The notes under the pieces: model-generated
Seen by the model: the letters and a program-made list of their open reading frames with translations, nothing else
Database searches by the model: none
Told to the model about the DNA's origin: nothing
Source: Clostridia bacterium
GTDB lineage: Bacteria > Bacillota > Clostridia > RGIG6154
Reading direction: 5' to 3'
Assembly: GCA_045605445.1 (NCBI GenBank)
Contig: JAZUPZ010000029.1
Coordinates: 26,265-90,264, forward strand
Length of the DNA stretch: 64,000 bases
Shown: positions 57,296-64,000 of the stretch, piece by piece
Position numbering within the stretch: the first letter of the stretch is position 1
How the letters are laid out: every line of letters begins with the position of its first letter
Position numbers and translations under genes: made by a program

Positions 57296-58039
57296 ATGAA
57301 ATGTGTTGTTCTTGCGGCAGGATATGCAACAAGGCTGTATCCTCTTACAGAAAATTTTCCAAAACCGCTTCTTGAGGTTAAAAACAAAACTATTCTCGAT
57401 TGGCTTTTAGATGATATCGACGGTATTGAGGGAATAAATGAATATGTAATTATTTCAAATCACAGATATTTTGAGCATTTTAAAAGCTGGGCAGAAAATA
57501 AAAAGCTTTCTGCTCCTATAACCCTTATAGACGATGGCTCTGTTGATAATGAAAACAGACTGGGAGCAGTAAAGGATATTGATTTTGCGGTAACCGAGTT
57601 AAAGCTTAACGACGATTTAATGGTTATCGCAGGGGATAACGTGCTCGATTTCAGCTTTAAATCTTTTGCAGACTACTTTAAAGAAAAAAACAGTACCTGC
57701 ATAATGAGATATTTTGAAGAAAATAAAGAGAAAATAAAAAAGAGCGCTGCGGCAGTTGTTGATGAAAACGGCAAGGTTCTCAATATGACTGAGAAACCTG
57801 AAAATCCTCAGTCAAACTGGTGCGTTCCGCCCTTTTACATTTATAAAAAGTGCGACATTCCTTACATAAAAAAGGCAATAGAATCCGGCTGTAAAACCGA
57901 TGCTCCGGGAAGCTTTGTTGCCTGGCTGTCTTCTCAGACAACCGTTCATGCAATGGAAATGCCGGGTAAAAGATTCGATGTGGGAAACCTTGAAAGCTAT
58001 AACTATGTAAAGGAAACCTATAACGGAATAACAAAATAA
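57296..58039 (+). CDS. Sugar-1-phosphate nucleotidyltransferase
   Basis: MKCVVLAAGYATRLYPLT..FPKPLL is the NTP_transferase N-terminal signature. Confidence 0.8.
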   Translation: MKCVVLAAGYATRLYPLTENFPKPLLEVKNKTILDWLLDDIDGIEGINEYVIISNHRYFEHFKSWAENKKLSAPITLIDDGSVDNENRLGAVKDIDFAVTELKLNDDLMVIAGDNVLDFSFKSFADYFKEKNSTCIMRYFEENKEKIKKSAAAVVDENGKVLNMTEKPENPQSNWCVPPFYIYKKCDIPYIKKAIESGCKTDAPGSFVAWLSSQTTVHAMEMPGKRFDVGNLESYNYVKETYNGITK

Positions 58040-58092
58040 ACAGTCGAACCTTTTCAGGTTCGACACTTTTATGAACAACAGGAGATTACAAA

Positions 58093-59460
58093 ATGGAACA
58101 AATTAAAGAAAACAAGATGGGCGTAATGCCCGTAAACAGACTTTTAATAACAATGGCACTGCCGATAATGATCTCAATGCTGGTTCAGGCGCTTTACAAT
58201 ATTGTTGACAGTATTTACGTTGCAAGAGTAAGCGATGCGGCTTTAAATGCTGTGTCGCTGGCATTTCCCGCTCAGAATTTAATGATAGCAATAGGAACGG
58301 GAACGGGAGTTGGTATAAATGCTCTTTTGTCCAGGTCCCTTGGTGAAAAAAACTTTAAGCTTGCAAATAAAATTGCCGAAAACGGCGTTTTTCTTGCTTT
58401 TATGAGCTATGTGCTTTTCTTGATTTTCGGACTTACTGCCTGCGAGGTTTATTTTAAAGCGCAGACAACAAATGCAGAGGTAATTTCAGGGGGAACAAGC
58501 TATTTGTTCGTATGCTCTGTTTTTTCCTTTGGTGTATTCGGGCAGATTGTTTTTGAAAGACTTGTTCAGGCAACGGGAAAAACAATTTACAGTATGCTTA
58601 CTCAGGGCTTCGGTGCAATAATAAACATAATTTTAGACCCGATTTTTATTTTCGGATTTTTCGGAATTCCGGCAATGGGCGTAACAGGAGCCGCAATTGC
58701 AACAGTTGCAGGTCAGATTTGTGCAATGATTCTCGGAATTTTGCTTAATCATTTCAAGAATCCGGAAGTTAAGCTTAATTTTAAGAAGTTCAGACCTTCG
58801 CTAAGAATAATAAAGGAAATTTATGCAATCGGAATTCCCAGCATAATAATGAGTGCAATAACCTCGGTTATGACCTTTTGCCTTAACAAAATTCTTTACG
58901 GCTTTACCGAGCTTGCGGTAAACGTTCTGGGAATTTATTTCAAGCTTCAGAGCTTTGTGTTTATGCCGGTGTTCGGGCTTAATAACGGGCTTGTTCCCAT
59001 TGTAAGCTACAACTATGGTGCAGGAAAAAGAAAAAGACTTGTTAAGTCGGTAAAGCTTGCTTTGGTTTATGCGTTTTCAATTTTGTTTGTAGGATTTTTA
59101 GTGTTTCAATTTGCCTGTGAACCGCTGCTCAGAGTTCTGTTCGATGCTTCCGACGAGGTTGTAAAAATCGGAGCTCCCGCATTAAGAATTATAAGCTTAA
59201 GCTTTCTTCTTGCGCCCTTCTGTATAATAATAATTTCAACTCTTCAGTCTCTTGGCAAAGGATTTCAGGCAATGGTTATATCTATGGTAAGACAGTTGGT
59301 GTTCTTAATTCCCGTGGCGTTTTTAATGTCCCTTACAGGCGTTTTGAATGCAGTATGGACCGCATTTCCGATAGCTGAGCTTGCTTCGGTTATCTGCGCA
59401 GTATTTATGTTTGTGTCGGTATATAAAAAGGTTATAAGCAAAATTCCAAACAATGAATAA
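58093..59460 (+). CDS. MATE-family efflux transporter
   Basis: It has 12 TM helices and the MatE N-terminal motif (PI.ISMLVQALYNIVDSIYVA). Confidence 0.8.
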   Translation: MEQIKENKMGVMPVNRLLITMALPIMISMLVQALYNIVDSIYVARVSDAALNAVSLAFPAQNLMIAIGTGTGVGINALLSRSLGEKNFKLANKIAENGVFLAFMSYVLFLIFGLTACEVYFKAQTTNAEVISGGTSYLFVCSVFSFGVFGQIVFERLVQATGKTIYSMLTQGFGAIINIILDPIFIFGFFGIPAMGVTGAAIATVAGQICAMILGILLNHFKNPEVKLNFKKFRPSLRIIKEIYAIGIPSIIMSAITSVMTFCLNKILYGFTELAVNVLGIYFKLQSFVFMPVFGLNNGLVPIVSYNYGAGKRKRLVKSVKLALVYAFSILFVGFLVFQFACEPLLRVLFDASDEVVKIGAPALRIISLSFLLAPFCIIIISTLQSLGKGFQAMVISMVRQLVFLIPVAFLMSLTGVLNAVWTAFPIAELASVICAVFMFVSVYKKVISKIPNNE

Positions 59461-59589
59461 CAGGAATGTAGAAAAAGTTTGGACCACTATGTTTTGAACA
59501 AACTTCATCTAACTCCGCGTATCTGTATACGCGTTCGGGTTCAGTTTGTCCAATCCAATTCTTTTTTTCTATTCCTTGGAAATGAACAA

Positions 59590-59629
59590 AAAAATACAGT
59601 AAAAACAAATTTGTTTTTACTGTATTTTT
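59590..59629. terminator. Strong bidirectional terminator: perfect 18-bp stem aaaaatacagtaaaaaca/tgtttttactgtattttt
   Basis: The stem is perfectly complementary with A/T runs on both sides, and lies between the convergent MATE and htpG genes. Confidence 0.8.
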
Positions 59630-59632
59630 GTT

Positions 59633-61504
59633 TTATATTAAATCGCAGATGTTGTTTGAAAATTCAACCGGGTCTTCAATTGAAAGACCTTCAATAAGCA
59701 TTGCACTCGAAAGAAGAACCGATGCATATTTTGAAAGCTTTTCCTTGTCGCCTTCAAGCATTTCCTTAAGCTTGCTGAAAACGGGGTGAGAAACGTTAAT
59801 TTCAAGAATTTTCTGTGCCTTAACCTGATTGTCGTTTGGCATCATATTAAGAACCTTTTCCATTTCAATTGAAATTTCACCGTCGGCAGTAAGGCAAACA
59901 GGGTGAGAACCCATTGTTGAGGAAGGACGAACGTCTGAAACCTTTTCCTTGAGAGCTTCCTTAAGGAAGTCAAAAAGCTCCTTGTTCTCTTCTTTTATTT
60001 TTCCGTTGTCCTCTTTGTCTTCTTCAAAGCCAAGGTCTGATGCGGAAACGTTTTTGAATTCCTTTTCTTTGTATGTCGTAAGAACTTTAATTGCAAATTC
60101 GTCAACGTCTTCGGTAAGGTAAATAACCTCAAAGCCCTTTGATGTAACCTTTTCTGTCTGAGGAAGCTTTGCAATTTTGTCAACGCTTTCGCCGCAGGCA
60201 TAATAAATGAATTTCTGGTCTTCCTTCATTCTTTCAACATACTCGGCTAAGGTTGAAAGCTTGCTTTCAAAAGAGGTAGTAAACATAACCAGGTCCTGAA
60301 GAGCTTCTTTGTTCATTCCGAACTTGTCGTAAATTCCGAATTTAAGCTGTCTTGCAAAAGCCTTATAAAATTCTTCGTAAGCCTCTCTGTCGTTTTTCTG
60401 CATTGAAAGAAGCTCGCTTCTTATTTTCTTGTCAATTCTTGATGCGATAACCTTAAGCTGTCTGTCGTGCTGAAGAATTTCCCTTGAAATGTTCAGAGAA
60501 AGATCGGCAGAGTCAACAAGTCCCTTTACAAAGCTGAAATAGTCAGGAAGCAAATCCTTGCACTTGTCCATAATAAGAACGCCGTTTGAGTAAAGCTGAA
60601 GTCCTTTTTCAAAGTCCTTGGTGTAATAATCATAAGGAGCGTTCTTTGGAATGTAAAGAATTGCATTGTAGTTAACCGCGCCGTCGGCAGAGGTGTGAAT
60701 AACCTTAGCGGGCTCTTCAAAATCGTGAAAATTATCCTTATAGAAGGAGTTGTATTCCTCCTTGCTTATTTCGTTTTTGTTCTTTCTCCAGAGGGGAACC
60801 ATTGAGTTTAAAACGGTGTCCTCAAAAACGGTTTCGTATTCGTTTTCGGTGTCAGGCTTTTTAACCTGCTTTGAAACGAGCATTTTTATCGGATATTTAA
60901 TATAGTCGGAATATTTTTTAACAATTCCTCTTGTTCTGTATTCCTCCAAGAATTCGCTGTAATTTTCCTCTTCGGTATCGGCTTTAACGTAAAGAGTAAT
61001 AACCGTGCCTGCTTCTTCCTTTTCGCAGGGCTCAACGGTGTATCCCTTAGAGCCTTCCGATTCCCATATGTAAGCTTCCTCTGAACCGAACTTTTTGCTT
61101 TCAACGGTAATTTTATCTGCAATCATAAAAGCAGAATAAAAGCCAACGCCGAACTGGCCGATAATATCAACATCTTCTTTTTTATCGTTTGCAGCTTTAA
61201 AGTCGAAGGAACCGCTTTTTGCAATTGTTCCGAGATTGGATTCAAGCTCTTCCTTTGACATGCCGATACCCGTATCTGTAATAACAATTTTTCTTGCATC
61301 CTTGTCAAGAGAAATTCTTATATAGAAATTCTCTCTGTCAAACTTTATATTTTCGTCGGAAAGGGAAAGATAGTAGAGCTTGTCTATTGCGTCCGACGCA
61401 TTTGAAATAAGCTCTCTGAGATAAATTTCCTTGTGAGTATAAATAGAATTTATCATCATATCAAGGAGCTTTTTTGATTCTGATTTAAACTGCTTAATTG
61501 CCAT
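59633..61504 (-). CDS. htpG: Molecular chaperone HtpG (Hsp90)
   Basis: It has an HATPase N-domain ([21 protein letters not shown]), a GxxGxG-like [13 protein letters not shown] motif and a C-terminal dimerisation domain. Confidence 0.95.
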   Translation of the reverse strand: MAIKQFKSESKKLLDMMINSIYTHKEIYLRELISNASDAIDKLYYLSLSDENIKFDRENFYIRISLDKDARKIVITDTGIGMSKEELESNLGTIAKSGSFDFKAANDKKEDVDIIGQFGVGFYSAFMIADKITVESKKFGSEEAYIWESEGSKGYTVEPCEKEEAGTVITLYVKADTEEENYSEFLEEYRTRGIVKKYSDYIKYPIKMLVSKQVKKPDTENEYETVFEDTVLNSMVPLWRKNKNEISKEEYNSFYKDNFHDFEEPAKVIHTSADGAVNYNAILYIPKNAPYDYYTKDFEKGLQLYSNGVLIMDKCKDLLPDYFSFVKGLVDSADLSLNISREILQHDRQLKVIASRIDKKIRSELLSMQKNDREAYEEFYKAFARQLKFGIYDKFGMNKEALQDLVMFTTSFESKLSTLAEYVERMKEDQKFIYYACGESVDKIAKLPQTEKVTSKGFEVIYLTEDVDEFAIKVLTTYKEKEFKNVSASDLGFEEDKEDNGKIKEENKELFDFLKEALKEKVSDVRPSSTMGSHPVCLTADGEISIEMEKVLNMMPNDNQVKAQKILEINVSHPVFSKLKEMLEGDKEKLSKYASVLLSSAMLIEGLSIEDPVEFSNNICDLI

Positions 61505-61528
61505 AATATTACCTTCTTTTGATTGATT

Positions 61529-61555
61529 TTAGCACTCTTTCGTTTCGAGTGCTAA
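61529..61555. promoter_or_regulatory. CIRCE element (HrcA operator) TTAGCACTC-N9-GAGTGCTAA, exact consensus, 25 nt upstream of the htpG start
   Basis: It is a perfect match to the CIRCE consensus with the canonical 9-nt spacer. Confidence 0.8.
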
Positions 61556-61579
61556 AACTATTTTATCACAAAAATTTGT

Positions 61580-61617
61580 TTTGTCAATAGTATTGTAAAA
61601 TTTAGCATAATGTGGTA
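61580..61617 (+). promoter_or_regulatory. Candidate trpS promoter: TTGTCA with an extended -10 TGgTATGAT
   Basis: The hexamers were read by eye and the spacing is approximate. Confidence 0.35.
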
Positions 61618-61658
61618 TGATATATAGTGTATATTTATATGAACAAGAGGTAATAAAA

Positions 61659-62642
61659 ATGAAAAAAAGAATTTTCAGCGGAGTTCAGCCGTCGGGAGAA
61701 CTTACCATAGGTAATTATCTCGGAGCTATTAAAAACTGGACAAAGCTTATAGATGAATATGAGTGTATTTTTTCGGTAGTTGACCTTCATTCGATTACTG
61801 TAAGACAGGACCCTGAGGAGCTGAGAAACAGAAGCTACGGTCTTCTTGCTCAGTATATTGCCTGCGGAATTGACCCGGATAAATGTACACTTTTTGTACA
61901 GTCTCACGTGCCTGCACATGCCCAGCTTTCCTGGTTGCTTAACTGTTATACCTATAACGGCGAGCTTCAGAGAATGACCCAGTTCAAAGAAAAATCAAAA
62001 AGACATGCAGATAATATAAATGCAGGACTTTTCACTTATCCCGTACTTATGGCTGCAGACATTCTTCTTTATCAGACAGACCTTGTGCCCGTAGGACACG
62101 ACCAAAAACAGCATCTTGAGCTTGCAAGAAACATTGCTGAAAGATTTAACGGAATTTACGGCGAAAGCTTTAAAGTACCCGATCCTTATATTGCAAAATT
62201 CGGCGCAAGAATTATGGACCTTACCGACCCGACAAAGAAAATGTCAAAATCAGAACCAAACGGTGCCATTTTGCTTTCCGACGAAAGTGCGGCAATAATC
62301 AAAAAATTCAAAAGAGCTGTTACCGACTCTCTTGCAACAGTTAAATTTGAAGAGGGAAGAACTGCAATAAATAACCTTATGTCAATATACGGCTGTGTAA
62401 CAGGTAAGGAAATGAGCGAGATTGAAACAGAATTTGAAGGCAAAGGCTATGGCGACTTCAAAAAGGCAATCGGAGAAGCAGTAGTTGCAGAGCTTGAACC
62501 TATTCAGGTTAAATATAACGAGCTTATGAATAACAAAGATTATCTTGAAGCAATCTTTAAAAAGGGTGCAGAAAAGGCCAATGAAATTGCAGAAAACACA
62601 TTGCAGGATGTATATGGCAAGGTAGGCTTTATTTTAAAATAA
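61659..62642 (+). CDS. trpS: Tryptophan--tRNA ligase
   Basis: It has a HIGH-like TIGNYLGA motif and a KMSKS motif. I chose the start at MKKRIFSG with an RBS aagaggt. Confidence 0.9.
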   Translation: MKKRIFSGVQPSGELTIGNYLGAIKNWTKLIDEYECIFSVVDLHSITVRQDPEELRNRSYGLLAQYIACGIDPDKCTLFVQSHVPAHAQLSWLLNCYTYNGELQRMTQFKEKSKRHADNINAGLFTYPVLMAADILLYQTDLVPVGHDQKQHLELARNIAERFNGIYGESFKVPDPYIAKFGARIMDLTDPTKKMSKSEPNGAILLSDESAAIIKKFKRAVTDSLATVKFEEGRTAINNLMSIYGCVTGKEMSEIETEFEGKGYGDFKKAIGEAVVAELEPIQVKYNELMNNKDYLEAIFKKGAEKANEIAENTLQDVYGKVGFILK

Positions 62643-62702
62643 TAAATAAAAAGAAACCTGCTTTTCCGGGTTTCAACTGAATTATTCATCGGAGATAAAA
62701 AT

Positions 62703-63770
62703 ATGTCAGAAATAATAGTAATCGTAGTGGCGTTTCTTGTGGCATTTGTAATGACCTTTGCCTCAACGCCGCTGGCTGAAAAAATTGCATATAAAATCGG
62801 CGCGGTAGACGTGCCCAATGATGCCAGAAGAATGCACAAAAAACCTATTCCAAGACTTGGCGGAATCGCAATATTTTTCGGATTTCTTGTGTCTTGTCTT
62901 TGCTTTGTGGTAATGTCAAGAGAAATGATTGCAATAATCTTAGCTTCGCTTCTTATAGTGATTCTCGGTGTTCTTGACGACAGAAAGCCAATTCGTGCAA
63001 TAATCAAGCTGGCAGTTCAAATTGTTGCGGCATTTATTGTTGCGTATTTCGGAAAGGTTAATATTGATGTTTTTACAAACCCGAACCTTTTCTCAACAAG
63101 CGAATATCTGATTTTAGGAAAGCTTTCCATTCCGATAACAATAATCTGGATTGTAGCAATTACTAATGCGGTTAATTTAATTGATGGTCTCGACGGTCTT
63201 GCGGCAGGAGTTGCCTCAATTTCGTCAATCTGTCTTCTTATAATTGCCCTTATGGTTTCGGAAATAAACATTGCGGTGTTTACCGCGTGTATCGCAGGAG
63301 CCTGCTTCGGTTTTCTGCCTTACAATTTCAACCCCGCAAAAATATTTATGGGGGATTCGGGCTCAACCTTTTTGGGCTTTGTCCTTGCCTGCATTTCAAT
63401 TGAGGGCGTTTTCAAGGCATATGCCGTTGTGTCCTTTGCGGTGCCCCTGCTTGTTATGGCGCTTCCGCTCTTTGATACAACCGTTGCAATTTTAAGAAGA
63501 ATTAAAAACAAAAAACCAATTATGGCTCCCGACAGGGGACATCTTCACCATAAGCTTATCGATATGGGCTTTTCTCAGAAGCAGGCGGTTGGAATTTTAT
63601 ATGCAATTTCCGCATTTCTGGGAATAACCGCAATAATTCTGGTAGGCTTTGGTGTAATGAGAGCGCTTGCTCTGCTCAGCATTGCAATAATTTTTATAAT
63701 AGCAAGTCTTTATTTCAGTAATAAAAAGGAAGAAAACGAATCAGAGGATAAGGAGAATAACAATGATTAA
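62703..63770 (+). CDS. tagO: Undecaprenyl-phosphate GlcNAc-1-phosphate transferase (TagO/WecA, MraY-like)
   Basis: It has the MraY/WecA motifs ([18 protein letters not shown]) and ~10 TM helices. Confidence 0.85.
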   Translation: MSEIIVIVVAFLVAFVMTFASTPLAEKIAYKIGAVDVPNDARRMHKKPIPRLGGIAIFFGFLVSCLCFVVMSREMIAIILASLLIVILGVLDDRKPIRAIIKLAVQIVAAFIVAYFGKVNIDVFTNPNLFSTSEYLILGKLSIPITIIWIVAITNAVNLIDGLDGLAAGVASISSICLLIIALMVSEINIAVFTACIAGACFGFLPYNFNPAKIFMGDSGSTFLGFVLACISIEGVFKAYAVVSFAVPLLVMALPLFDTTVAILRRIKNKKPIMAPDRGHLHHKLIDMGFSQKQAVGILYAISAFLGITAIILVGFGVMRALALLSIAIIFIIASLYFSNKKEENESEDKENNND

Positions 63771-64000
63771 AGTAATGACAATTTTCGGAACAAGACCCGA
63801 AGCAATCAAAATGGCTCCGCTGGTTAAAGAACTTGAAAACACAGAAGGCATCAAATCTGTTGTTGCCGTAACTGCTCAGCACAGACAAATGCTTGACCAG
63901 GTTCTTGAAATTTTTGACATCAAGCCGGATTACGACCTTAACATTATGAAGGACAGACAAACTCTTGTTTCAATAACAACCAATGCCCTTTCAGGTCTTG
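63763..64000 (+). CDS. UDP-N-acetylglucosamine 2-epimerase (MnaA/WecB), 5' portion, continues past window end
   Basis: [21 protein letters not shown] is the hallmark N-terminus. The ATG overlaps the tagO stop. Confidence 0.85.
   Translation, partial: MIKVMTIFGTRPEAIKMAPLVKELENTEGIKSVVAVTAQHRQMLDQVLEIFDIKPDYDLNIMKDRQTLVSITTNALSGL

Noticed and set aside
61505-61658. T-box riboswitch upstream of trpS
   Set aside because: The leader is only ~150 nt and carries a CIRCE palindrome and promoter elements. No T-box or specifier structure was recognisable.
1-64000. Prophage, integrative element or transposon
   Set aside because: No integrase, recombinase, transposase, tRNA target or direct-repeat-bounded island was seen. 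The RM gene and glycan locus look accessory but have no recognisable mobility genes in this window.

Overview
This window reads as low-GC Firmicutes (Clostridia-like) chromosome from a spore-former; spoIID, spoIIR, a spoVB-like gene, hup and a yabO homologue are all present. I found no rRNA, tRNA, CRISPR, integrase or transposase genes.

Gene content by region:
- Position 1-819 is the 3' end of a GLUG-like repeat surface protein.
- Position 820-1347 is an unusual leader carrying an inverted repeat and two ~90-bp direct repeats.
- Position 1348-11382 is a single 3344-aa secreted giant protein. It combines clostridial cell-wall-binding (YG) repeats, BspA-type leucine-rich repeats, Fn3 domains and Listeria-Bacteroides (Flg_new) repeats, and contains recently duplicated internal modules.
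- Position 11588-30096 holds housekeeping and accessory genes: mgtE with a structured leader, a solitary Upf1-like SF1 helicase, tandem GH28/pectate-lyase-fold paralogs, two unannotated small Cys-rich peptides, a ugtP-like glycosyltransferase, cca, a TPR protein, an RluA-family pseudouridine synthase, an AraC regulator with a NanA/DHDPS-like lyase and a BNR Asp-box protein, citrate synthase, spoIID, an FHA protein, ispE and spoIIR.
- Position 30206-36423 contains a CapD/PglF-like dehydratase, a SpoVB-like flippase, hup, yabO and an L-serine dehydratase fused to an XRE HTH domain.
- Position 36541-39793 contains an MmeI-family Type IIL restriction-modification enzyme and mscL.
- Position 40051-59460 is a ~19-kb Wzx/Wzy-type glycan locus. 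It has a DegT aminotransferase, a PglC-like priming transferase, three ATP-grasp ligases, an MmgE/PrpD-family enzyme, four glycosyltransferases, Wzy, Wzx, a nucleotidyltransferase-fold/P-loop kinase fusion, a second P-loop kinase, a GalK-like GHMP kinase, a sugar-1-P nucleotidyltransferase and a MATE transporter.
- Position 59633-64000 contains htpG preceded by a perfect CIRCE (HrcA) operator, then trpS, a tagO-like gene and the 5' end of a UDP-GlcNAc 2-epimerase gene.

The glycan locus is my main candidate for novelty: three amide-forming ligases, a PrpD-family enzyme and no acetyltransferase point to an amide-linked, non-acetyl decoration of an amino sugar. All calls rest on motif recognition by eye. 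No database searches were run.
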